Below are positions 9,131 through 17,676 of a DNA stretch of 64,000 bases, piece by piece. The DNA comes from Anaerolineae bacterium. GTDB lineage: Bacteria; Chloroflexota; Anaerolineae; B4-G1; SLSP01. The DNA is taken from assembly GCA_035420085.1 (NCBI GenBank), contig DAOLUH010000022.1, positions 7,930 to 71,929 of the forward strand, given 5' to 3'. Made by a program: the position numbers and the translations under genes. The stretch's first letter is position 1; every line of letters starts with the position of its first letter. The notes under the pieces were generated by a model. The model searched no databases and had not been told where the DNA came from. It worked only from the letters and a program-made list of their open reading frames with translations.

Positions 9131-10528
9131 ATGGTCAAGTCCAAATCCACGTTTTTAATCACTCTGGTTATTGTGATAGGAATTGGTTCTATGGTGATAA
9201 GTTTGCAGATAGTGCCTGCATTAACAGCCGCTAATACCATCCCTTTGAGAACATTGAATGTAACACCAAGTGATGAGGTTTACGTTCCCGCTGGAGAATT
9301 CCTTATGGGATGCAGCGGAGATACAGCGGGGCCATTAGGCTGCGATACAGATGCCTGCCCCATTCATGCCGTCTTTTTGGATGCTTTCTACATTGACAAA
9401 ACCGAAGTTACCAACGCACAATACACAGAATGTGTGAATGCAGGACAATGTCTCCCACCGCTGTCATTCAGTTCAGGCCCAAGTCGCCCTAGCTATTACA
9501 ACAACACAACATACGCCAACTACCCTGTGCTGCACGTAGATTGGCAGCGCGCCATCACTTATTGCCATTGGGTTGGCAAACGCTTGCCCACAGAAGCGGA
9601 ATGGGAAAAAGCGGCGCGCGGTACCGACCGGCGAGCTTTCGCCTGGGGAAATGAGCCACTGACCTGTGACAGAAGCAACAGCAATACTTATTATTCTAAC
9701 GAACAAGGCGAGTATAGAGAAAAACCTTGTGTCGGTGACACAACGCCCGTAGGAAGCTACCCTAATTACCCCAGCCCCTATGGCGCTCTGGATATGACCG
9801 GCAATGTCAGAGAATGGGTGAGTGATTTTTATAGCAGATATTACTATCGTACTTCGCCCTATTACAATCCTACAGTTGTCGAATACGGCGACAAGGGTGA
9901 ACATCTCGTGCGAGGAGGTTCGTGGAAAGAGATAGATCGTCAGTCAACCACCTGGGTTCGGCTTGACGAGGCCGACATATACGAAACCCAACTTATCGGC
10001 TTCCGCTGCGCCAGGACAGCAGGAGGAGGAGGAACACCTACACCTGCACCTACCGCGACACTCACGCCAACGCCAACACCGTATGCGGCGCGTAGCATTG
10101 GAGCGGAGGGGGGGGCAGTCTGGTTAACATACCCGCAACACCTCACCCTACTGACCGTCCCCGAAGGTTCTCTAAACAACCAAACAACATTTACTCTGAC
10201 CTATAATCAGCCTCGCGAAACGAAAGAGCTTCATTCCAACAATCACACTTTTTCCATTGAGGCGCAACCCCAAACCGGCAGTACGGAACTAACTCAGCAC
10301 TATCTTGAGAATCCGGTGCGTCTTGTTATGGGGTACCATGAGCTTTCAGGCATCATCTCCGGCACCCTTGATCTCTACCGGCTCACTGCTGGCGGCTGGA
10401 CCACAGCGCAAATCACAAAGGTGACGCAGGCCTCAGATTACATCGTCGCCGACATTCAATGGCTAGACATCTACGGTTTACTTGGGGAAACCAATCGCAT
10501 ATACTTGCCGCTGACGTTGCGCAAGTGA
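9131..10528 (+). CDS. Formylglycine-generating-enzyme family protein (SUMF1/FGE-sulfatase domain) with PT linker and C-terminal extension
   Basis: AAGGAG RBS and an N-terminal TM segment. FYIDKTEVTNAQY, LPTEAEWEKAARG, DMTGNVREWV and RGGSW motifs. AT-richer than its neighbours. Confidence 0.85.
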   Translation: MVKSKSTFLITLVIVIGIGSMVISLQIVPALTAANTIPLRTLNVTPSDEVYVPAGEFLMGCSGDTAGPLGCDTDACPIHAVFLDAFYIDKTEVTNAQYTECVNAGQCLPPLSFSSGPSRPSYYNNTTYANYPVLHVDWQRAITYCHWVGKRLPTEAEWEKAARGTDRRAFAWGNEPLTCDRSNSNTYYSNEQGEYREKPCVGDTTPVGSYPNYPSPYGALDMTGNVREWVSDFYSRYYYRTSPYYNPTVVEYGDKGEHLVRGGSWKEIDRQSTTWVRLDEADIYETQLIGFRCARTAGGGGTPTPAPTATLTPTPTPYAARSIGAEGGAVWLTYPQHLTLLTVPEGSLNNQTTFTLTYNQPRETKELHSNNHTFSIEAQPQTGSTELTQHYLENPVRLVMGYHELSGIISGTLDLYRLTAGGWTTAQITKVTQASDYIVADIQWLDIYGLLGETNRIYLPLTLRK

Positions 10529-10546
10529 TCCTGGCGACGTCTGACA

Positions 10547-13018
10547 TCACCGTAGCGGCAACAGCGGAAAACGCTGCGGCGGGTTGCGCGTCCCCGGTGT
10601 GACGATGTTGGGCGAATCGGCGCGCACTTCGTCGCCGGACTGTGATGCTGGCGGGTCGGCAATCCAATCTGCCAGGGCGTCGTTGCTTCCCATTCCGACA
10701 AACAACGCGCCGTCATCTGCGCCAAGTTTGCGGAACGGCCGGTCAAACGTCACGCCATCCGCGAGGATACCGAACGTGTAGGGGGTGACGGCGTAACCTT
10801 CGGCCACAAAATCAACGCCGATGTCATCGTCGAAGGCGGCGGTAGGACCGGGCGCCAACAACACGAGGTTATCGTCGCCGGTTCCCAGGCCGAAACCCGG
10901 GTCCGTCGTCACGTCGAGCGCGCCATTGCCCACGTAGAACAGCAGCCGTTTGTCGCGTGGGTCCAGATCATCTTTGGGGAAGTCATGGGCGTTGCGGTCG
11001 CTCTCCGTCGCCAGGATGAGGATAATCGTGTTGCGGGGCACAGCCGCCAGCGCATCAAGCGCCGGGAAGATGAGCGAACCTTCCGCCGCGCCGATCTTCG
11101 TGTTGTTGTCGGTGAGACGCCAGCCGCGCAGGTCAACCCCGTCGCGCTGCACGAGCAGTTCGATCCAATCGCCATCAATGGGCCGGTTGCCCACGCTGGC
11201 GTAGGGCGTGCCATTGTCGTTGATCCAGAATTCGTTGATGACAACGTCATCAGGGCGCACGTTGCCTTCGTTCGTCCTCTCTGGGGGGGCAAAATGCGCG
11301 ACAAGGCGACAGGGTCCAGCCACGGTTAGGGTGATGTTGGTGGAGGTGGACGCTGCGCCATCCATCGTGAGCATCCATCCAGTAAAGACAAATTCGCGCG
11401 CGGGGACTGCCGTGAATTGTACAGGGACGCCGGATAGAATGTCGCCTTCCCATACGCCAGGGCCCGGCAGGCGCGCACCTTCGATATACACGTACCCGGC
11501 CTCTGGCGGCTGCACTTCAAGGCTTACCGAGGCCACTTCGCCTATCGCCCATGCATTGGCCAGATGCTTCAAAACCCACGCCGGCCGGTTGACGGTGAAA
11601 TCGGTCAGGAAAGCATCCACGTTATCCGCCCACAAAAACGGCGTAGGCCAGCGCGCCGCCTCATACCGGATGTCATCATGCAGCGTTGCAACAAGCGCCT
11701 GCGCCCGGCTCTGTAGCGCCGGCGCAGCGAGTGTGGTGTTGAGCAGCATCGCCAACCGCCGGGCCAATCGCGCGCGATAACCGGGGTTTTTGAGAAGTGC
11801 GCGCAGCAGAATGGTGAAATCTGCGCGCGGTTCCTGGAACAGCGGCGCGTCGGCCCGCGAGGCAAAAGATTGGCTCCCCCCGGCGTAGAGGAAAAACCAC
11901 GGTCCGCCCGGCGGATGTGCAGCGTACATCTCGGAGGCCGGGAAGCCAAAGTAAAGCTGCAACACTGCCCAATCGGTCAAATTGTCCAGATCAACCTGGT
12001 CGGCGACGTAGGAAAAGTTGTCGGGTTCGGCCAGACTGTGCGCCGCAATCCAATCCACGAGTGCATCCCACCCTGCGTCGTCGCCTTCACGCTGTCGCCC
12101 ATTCTGCACGAGATCAGCGCCGGCGATGCCCAAATTCATATCTAGGAAAAAGCGGTCAATCCGTTCGCTCAGGCGATAAAGGCCCCAGCTTTCTCCGTTG
12201 AGGAAGAGATGCACAAACCGTCCCTGGGCGGCGGGCAATCCCATAGCGGTCGCCACGTCCACCACCAATTGATCGCGGAAGAACGTCCAACGTCCGGCGC
12301 GATCGCCGGTTTGCAGCAACAGTCGCTTGTAAGTCTGTGCGGTGTCAGGCTGTTGAGGATGCGCGGCAAAAAGCTGATATTCCAACCGCGCGGCATTGTA
12401 CTCGCTGCGGAAGTACAAGCGGAGTGATTGTTTGGCCGCGCCGGCAGGATCCGCGCCGTGGATGCGCAGACCAGCGGACAGCGCAAAACCCGGCGTCCCG
12501 TCAGGTGGGATGTAGGTCACGGCAACCGGACGTTCCCAATCAGCGCCGCGCCCCCACGTGTTGGCGAAAATGCCCTTTTCGGCGTCCCATAAAGCTGCGG
12601 GATCAGCGATGAGCGACACGATGGGGAGTTTACTCGGTACGCCCATAATGTACGTCGCGTTCACGACAGGGCCAGGGACGCCGTCCACAATCTCAACGGC
12701 GCGGATGACGACCACACGCGGCGAGACCCCGTCGAGGCGCAGGGGATGTTCGTACAGCAGGCCAATCTCCGGCGTGGGTAACGTCCCATCAATCGTGTAC
12801 ACGATCTGCCCGCGCGGATGCGTCGCCCGCAACGTCACCCGGATGCTGCGCTGGTAGACGCCTGGCGCCGGCGCAAAAGTCGGCGCGTTGATCCCCGACA
12901 CAGCGGAGAGATTGTCCGTCACATGCCCGGCCAACGCTTCACTCAGCGCGAGCAGCATCACCGCCGCTGCCAACAGCGCGGATAAGGGCAACCAGCGACG
13001 AATATGTGCGCTTATCAT
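10547..13018 (-). CDS. Exported CotH kinase-family protein with chitobiase/Fn3-like N-domain and C-terminal lamin-tail domain (CotH-3)
   Basis: Signal peptide MISAHIRRWLPLSALLAAAVMLLALSEALA. IVYTIDGTLPT. CotH core FLNGESWGLYRLSERID. LTD motif VVINEFWINDNG..DGDWIELLV..LRGWRLTD. Confidence 0.8.
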   Translation of the reverse strand: MISAHIRRWLPLSALLAAAVMLLALSEALAGHVTDNLSAVSGINAPTFAPAPGVYQRSIRVTLRATHPRGQIVYTIDGTLPTPEIGLLYEHPLRLDGVSPRVVVIRAVEIVDGVPGPVVNATYIMGVPSKLPIVSLIADPAALWDAEKGIFANTWGRGADWERPVAVTYIPPDGTPGFALSAGLRIHGADPAGAAKQSLRLYFRSEYNAARLEYQLFAAHPQQPDTAQTYKRLLLQTGDRAGRWTFFRDQLVVDVATAMGLPAAQGRFVHLFLNGESWGLYRLSERIDRFFLDMNLGIAGADLVQNGRQREGDDAGWDALVDWIAAHSLAEPDNFSYVADQVDLDNLTDWAVLQLYFGFPASEMYAAHPPGGPWFFLYAGGSQSFASRADAPLFQEPRADFTILLRALLKNPGYRARLARRLAMLLNTTLAAPALQSRAQALVATLHDDIRYEAARWPTPFLWADNVDAFLTDFTVNRPAWVLKHLANAWAIGEVASVSLEVQPPEAGYVYIEGARLPGPGVWEGDILSGVPVQFTAVPAREFVFTGWMLTMDGAASTSTNITLTVAGPCRLVAHFAPPERTNEGNVRPDDVVINEFWINDNGTPYASVGNRPIDGDWIELLVQRDGVDLRGWRLTDNNTKIGAAEGSLIFPALDALAAVPRNTIILILATESDRNAHDFPKDDLDPRDKRLLFYVGNGALDVTTDPGFGLGTGDDNLVLLAPGPTAAFDDDIGVDFVAEGYAVTPYTFGILADGVTFDRPFRKLGADDGALFVGMGSNDALADWIADPPASQSGDEVRADSPNIVTPGTRNPPQRFPLLPLR

Positions 13019-13021
13019 ACC

Positions 13022-14275
13022 CTACCGCACTTTTACTACGCGAAGCTCGATGCGTCCGGCAGGCAGAACGACGCCCCCAGCATCCGTCACGACAAGCCGA
13101 ACACCTGTCTCAGGGTCGTACATCCCCACGCAAAGGGTGTAATCGCCGCGCGGCATGTTACGATCCAGCGCCAGTATGTGCTCATCGCGGATGTATTGGC
13201 CCGGCTGCCACTGCGACGTCGGATAGGTCCATCCCAACGGCACACTGTCATCCTGCGCGGCGACAGCGCCATTGGCATCCAGCACATGGACAAAGACTTT
13301 GTAGTCGCCGGAGACAGCGGCGCGCGCATGCCAGTACAACGTCACCCGCAAGTGCTCGCCCGGCGCAATCCGTTCCGCTGCTTCGTAGCCGATCAGCGCC
13401 ACGGCGTCGCCAAGCGACCACGTACCGGCAGTTTCCGGCAGCGGCGGCGCATCCGTCACTGCGGGCAGATAGTGAAGCGTCGCCAGCGCCAGGTTTGCAG
13501 CGCCGACCGGCGCGCCATTACGCCGGTAGATCGTCAACGTCAGGGTGTAATCCCCGTAGGGAAGAGCGTCAGGAACGGCTAAGGTGTAATGCGAGGTCAC
13601 GGCATCTCCATCGCGGACCAAACCCGGCAGCAGGCCATCGTCCATGCTCTGCTCCGCCTGGGCATACACGCGACTTCCCTCAGCGCCGCGCAAGCGCAGC
13701 ACAAGCTTTTCTGCGTCGGATAGCGCGAAGAGGTCGCCAGACCAGGCCAGCGTCACGTACAGCGGCTCGCCTGGTTCCAGGCGCTGTCGGTTGACGCGCA
13801 CTGCGCGCAGTTCAAAGCCTGTTCCGCCAAGAGACTGTTGCACGGGTTGCCACACACCCTGATCGAATGGTGAAGGGGTATAGCCATAAATGCGGAGCGG
13901 CGTCAAAGTGCTGCCAGGAACCAGCAACGCATCAAGAAAACGATAGTGCGTCTGAAACCACGGCTGCGCCTGCGCACCATCCCATGCCACGCCCGGCCAG
14001 GCGATGACGTAATCAGGTTCAGCGCGTAACGTCGCCACCAGCGCCTCCGCAGCGCCGCCCTCCGGCACAGCAAGCGTAGAACGGTCGCCCAGGCAGCGCG
14101 CCAACGTTGCGGGCGCCGCCACCCGCTCCGCTGGCAACGCATGCGCCTCCAACCACGCCGCAAGCGCAGTGCATGGCGCATCATATTGTGTTTTACAGCC
14201 AGCAAGCAGAGATAGTGCAACGTAAAACGTAAAACGTAAAACGCGACTCGCCACTCGCCACTCGCCGCTCACCAT
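13022..14275 (-). CDS. Lipoprotein with two copies of the beta-sandwich module found at GT39 C-termini (alternative start 14293)
   Basis: Lipobox LLAG|C. Repeated ..LYW..GDY.VFVHVLD..W.PGQ..GDYTL.VGMYD motifs. The N-terminal region is encoded by a heptamer array. Confidence 0.6.
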   Translation of the reverse strand: MVSGEWRVASRVLRFTFYVALSLLAGCKTQYDAPCTALAAWLEAHALPAERVAAPATLARCLGDRSTLAVPEGGAAEALVATLRAEPDYVIAWPGVAWDGAQAQPWFQTHYRFLDALLVPGSTLTPLRIYGYTPSPFDQGVWQPVQQSLGGTGFELRAVRVNRQRLEPGEPLYVTLAWSGDLFALSDAEKLVLRLRGAEGSRVYAQAEQSMDDGLLPGLVRDGDAVTSHYTLAVPDALPYGDYTLTLTIYRRNGAPVGAANLALATLHYLPAVTDAPPLPETAGTWSLGDAVALIGYEAAERIAPGEHLRVTLYWHARAAVSGDYKVFVHVLDANGAVAAQDDSVPLGWTYPTSQWQPGQYIRDEHILALDRNMPRGDYTLCVGMYDPETGVRLVVTDAGGVVLPAGRIELRVVKVR

Positions 14276-14281
14276 TCGCCC
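14219..14281. repeat. Nine phased heptamers (AACGTAA x3, AACGCGA, CTCGCCA x2, CTCGCCG, CTCACCA, TTCGCCC)
   Basis: Read directly. The AACGTAA unit is identical to the array at 24723-24743. Confidence 0.85.
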
Positions 14282-16872
14282 TACTTCTTCCATTTCTCGT
14301 ACAGCGCATCCACATCTACGTCAACGCCCCAGATACGCACCCCATCCAGGTCAATCCAACTGCCGGTTTGCACCAGCGTTTGCTGGTCAGCGGATAGATC
14401 CGCAAATGTGACGCGCTCCGCCGTGATGGAGGCCGGGCCGTAGGAAGGCTTTTTGATGTAGGCGGCCAATCCGGCAATGCGCGCGCCCTGAATCGTGACA
14501 TCGGCGATGGAGACGTGCGACAGATCCTTGCTGACCACGCCAAAATCCGCGTTCTGGATGAAGACACGCTCGGCGGTGAGGCGGCTCATCTCGCCTACAG
14601 ACATGCCCTTATCGCCCAGATTAATCATCCGCGCGTCACGCACCTGAATATCCGCGCCGCTCACGTCAATCGCATCTGCACCGATGTCGTGAAAGGCGCA
14701 ACGCTCGATCACACCCTGCCCAAAGTCCACATCAATGCCGTCGGAACGGGTATTGCCGAACTCCGAATCCACAAAGGCGAAGCGCGCGCGGATGACATTG
14801 AGGCCATCTTCAGCCTGTGTGCGCAGGATGCGGCTGTGTTCGAGGCGGATGGGGCTGCGGTAGAACGTGATCCCGCCGGTCAGCATCCAGCCCTGGCGGT
14901 TAATGGCGTCGGCGGCCTCGACGGTGACGTAGCGCCACAGTGAAGTCTGCCCGGCGTCCAGGACGACGATACCGCGCCACTTCTCGCCTTGTGAACGCAA
15001 TACGACCGGCGCGCTGGCGGCGCCCTCAAAGATCAACGGGCCAGTCGCCAGCAGAAAGTTGTCGTCGCCAAAGTTGAGCGTTGTCCTCGGCGCGAGTCGC
15101 AAGCCATACCCCTCTGGCAGCAGCAAGTCGCCGACCACATCCCATTCGCCGGGCGGGATGGTCAACATTTGTGCGTCGGCGGTCTCGCGCAGATACGAGT
15201 GCTGCGCTACAGCTTCCGCCAGCGTCGGCAGTGTGGGACGCGCCGTGGCCGTCAGCGGCGCAGGATAGGCCAACAGGATCGGCTGCGTGAGGGTTTGCGT
15301 CAATCCCCACACGCGAGTTGTCAGGGTTGCCGCAGCGCTGGTGATGACGCCAGAGATCGAGAAGGTCACATACGGCAGAGTGGATGCATCCTCAGGCAGC
15401 GCCGCCAGAACCGGCGGCGCGACAGACGCCAGGCCGGTGATCGTTTGCGCCGCGCCGAGAGACAGCCGCCGATCACCGACGTTAATCCCCACTAGCTCAA
15501 CCGGCAAATCCATCAAATTGCCGACCACAAGCGCATCTCCCCGCGCTTCAGGGACATAAGCATAGACCATCTGCAGAGGTGTTAACCGCTGGCGGTTCAA
15601 ATCTTGACGACCTCGCAGCCAATCCCACGGCGGCGTCAACACATCCGCGCCGAATTCCGGCGTTAAAGCCGCCGCATAAAGCGCAAACTGCTCGCCCAAC
15701 TCGGCTTCCAACGCTTCCACATATCCCGGCTGGCTCATCCGCCACAGCTCCCGCGCGTAAGCCGACTGCAAGTACGGGTCATCGTAAAATGCCGACGCGG
15801 GCAAACCCACCTGGGCGAAGTCCAGTTCGGGCGAGAACGGATCAGAATCGAAGGAAATTGGCTCCAGTCGCCCGGTCACGGGGCTGTAGTAATAGCGCAG
15901 ATTGTGCCAAATCAAGCCGTGCGGCGCGCTCCATAAATCCGACAGCGCCAGGAATTTCGCCATCGTCTCCATATCGAAGACCTCCGGCGCGGTCAAATTG
16001 CCATCCCATAACCCGCGCAGCAGGCCCACAGCGGCAGTGCGCTGCGCCTGCAACGCTGGAGACGCGCGCACCCGCCCCGCGTTGAATTCGTCCACAATGT
16101 AAAAACGCTCGATGCCCGGCGGAATCACTTGATCGTCGTAGAAAGCGCGCGCCCGCCAGACCAGGTCTTCGGCATAGCGCACAATCACCCCTTCACGACG
16201 TTGCTGCGATTCCAGCAATTCTTTGGCAAACCCTTCTTCCACTGCGTAAATGCCCTTGTCTTCGCCGTTAAGCACCACGCGAATGAACTGATAGCCTACA
16301 CTCAAGACACCCTCGCGGCGCATCGCGCGGTGAAATAGCCACTCATTCAGATATGTGCGCATTGAGGGATCATGAATTGAGAAAACCTGCATCCCTTCAA
16401 GATAGCCCTCGCCGCGCAACTCTATGCGGAACGACCACTTGTCACTGACCAGGTGATCGGCCCAGTCACCCTTGAGGCGCACCCTGGCGGAGAGCGGCGC
16501 GCCGCGCCAATGCAGTGTCGCCGGCACAAAGTCGGCATCATCCGCCAACAAAATCCACAACGCCAACGCCTCCTGGCGTTTAGCTTCAAGCTGCGCGAAA
16601 TCAGCGGGGGCGATATCTATATAAAGCGTCTCCAACGTATCGCCCAGTTCAGGCACAGTTGGCGTGGGTGTTGGAGGTGGTGCGGACGTAGGCGCGAGCG
16701 GCGCCGGCGACTGAAGCGGGATGGCGGCCTGGGGCGTCGAAGAGGGAGAGGTCAACAGCGGCATGGCGACCAGCGCCGTCGCCAACCCGGCGGCAAACGC
16801 GAGCAGCAACAGCGTCAGCAGCACGGGCGGGCGCAAGCGGGGGTAAACTTTGCCGCGCTCATCCACTTTCAT
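14281..16872 (-). CDS. Membrane-anchored CotH kinase-family protein with C-terminal parallel beta-helix (CotH-2)
   Basis: Start chosen at MKVDERGKVY (ATG c16870-16872), which forms an ATGA overlap with the upstream stop. TM anchor LLTLLLLAFAAGLATALVA and a PT linker. CotH core VVLNGEDKGIYAVEEGF. PbH1-like repeats near the C-terminus. Confidence 0.8.
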   Translation of the reverse strand: MKVDERGKVYPRLRPPVLLTLLLLAFAAGLATALVAMPLLTSPSSTPQAAIPLQSPAPLAPTSAPPPTPTPTVPELGDTLETLYIDIAPADFAQLEAKRQEALALWILLADDADFVPATLHWRGAPLSARVRLKGDWADHLVSDKWSFRIELRGEGYLEGMQVFSIHDPSMRTYLNEWLFHRAMRREGVLSVGYQFIRVVLNGEDKGIYAVEEGFAKELLESQQRREGVIVRYAEDLVWRARAFYDDQVIPPGIERFYIVDEFNAGRVRASPALQAQRTAAVGLLRGLWDGNLTAPEVFDMETMAKFLALSDLWSAPHGLIWHNLRYYYSPVTGRLEPISFDSDPFSPELDFAQVGLPASAFYDDPYLQSAYARELWRMSQPGYVEALEAELGEQFALYAAALTPEFGADVLTPPWDWLRGRQDLNRQRLTPLQMVYAYVPEARGDALVVGNLMDLPVELVGINVGDRRLSLGAAQTITGLASVAPPVLAALPEDASTLPYVTFSISGVITSAAATLTTRVWGLTQTLTQPILLAYPAPLTATARPTLPTLAEAVAQHSYLRETADAQMLTIPPGEWDVVGDLLLPEGYGLRLAPRTTLNFGDDNFLLATGPLIFEGAASAPVVLRSQGEKWRGIVVLDAGQTSLWRYVTVEAADAINRQGWMLTGGITFYRSPIRLEHSRILRTQAEDGLNVIRARFAFVDSEFGNTRSDGIDVDFGQGVIERCAFHDIGADAIDVSGADIQVRDARMINLGDKGMSVGEMSRLTAERVFIQNADFGVVSKDLSHVSIADVTIQGARIAGLAAYIKKPSYGPASITAERVTFADLSADQQTLVQTGSWIDLDGVRIWGVDVDVDALYEKWKK

Positions 16873-17597
16873 AGCAGCATCCCCTGCACATACTTCGAGA
16901 AACGATCTACCGGCGCAGGGAAGTGCGCCAGCGCGTCGGACAACCGCCGGTAATCCACGTCCGTGGGAAACGCTTTCAACTCCACCACTAGCGGGGCTTG
17001 TGCATACGCCGGGCGCATTAGATTTGGGCAAGCTGCCGCGCGTTGATCGTAAGTGCACAGCGCAGTGTCAACCGTCAGGCGCAGCGCGTCATCCGGCGTG
17101 GCGTAATAGGCGCGCCAATAATGATTGATGAGCGTTGGGATGGCGAATACATCCAGCCATTGCCGCGCTTCCGGCAGCACGGCAGCCCGCACATCACACA
17201 CCAACGTATGCCACGTCGTCTCCGCGAGATCAAAAACCGCGGCGGCGGGACTCATCGCCTTCCACCCCACCATGCCCTGCTTGTGTTTCCGTTCGAGGTT
17301 AGCCGCCGTGATCCGCGCGGTATCTGTCCCATACCACCGCAGCCGCAGCTTGTCCCGCTCGCCGACGCCGCTGAGATTGGCGTTGAGACCCGCATAGCGC
17401 GCCGTGTCGAAGTAGACGTTGTTCACCTGGCGCGGCGGATAGGTTACGCGCCACTGCGCCGGATGAAGTCGCACCCAACTCTCCACATCCGCCAGCCAGC
17501 GCGCGGGTAGTGGAATTTTGATTTCGTAGCGGGGCGAGGTGTAAGCCAGTTGTGAGCCAGGGGTTGAGGATTGTTGGTAACTGGGCAAGTGACTCAT
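16869..17597 (-). CDS. VTC-domain (triphosphate-tunnel, polyphosphate-polymerase-like) protein; the ORF track start at 17681 lies in an octamer array
   Basis: RYEIKIPL, VNNVYFDT, RDKLRLRWYG and LERKHKQG match the bacterial VTC/CYTH-like pattern. No signal peptide. Start taken at MSHLPSYQQ (c17595-17597). Confidence 0.7.
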   Translation of the reverse strand: MSHLPSYQQSSTPGSQLAYTSPRYEIKIPLPARWLADVESWVRLHPAQWRVTYPPRQVNNVYFDTARYAGLNANLSGVGERDKLRLRWYGTDTARITAANLERKHKQGMVGWKAMSPAAAVFDLAETTWHTLVCDVRAAVLPEARQWLDVFAIPTLINHYWRAYYATPDDALRLTVDTALCTYDQRAAACPNLMRPAYAQAPLVVELKAFPTDVDYRRLSDALAHFPAPVDRFSKYVQGMLL

Positions 17598-17676
17598 TCG
17601 CTGACTCGCAGATTCGCTGATTCGCTCACTCGCTGATTCGCTCATTCGCTGACTCGCTGATTCGCTCATTCGCTCC
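17593..17676. repeat. Ten tandem octamers CTSAYTCG (CTCATTCG / CTGATTCG / CTGACTCG) spanning the CotH-1 stop and the VTC 5' region
   Basis: Read directly. GATTCGCT/CATTCGCT units recur at 45419-45446. Confidence 0.85.

Noticed and set aside
16873-17058. Upstream extension of CotH-2 (track start at 17058)
   Set aside because: The extension overlaps the VTC gene by 190 nt and has no hydrophobic or signal character. The internal ATG at c16870-16872 gives an ATGA junction and a normal TM-anchored N-terminus.
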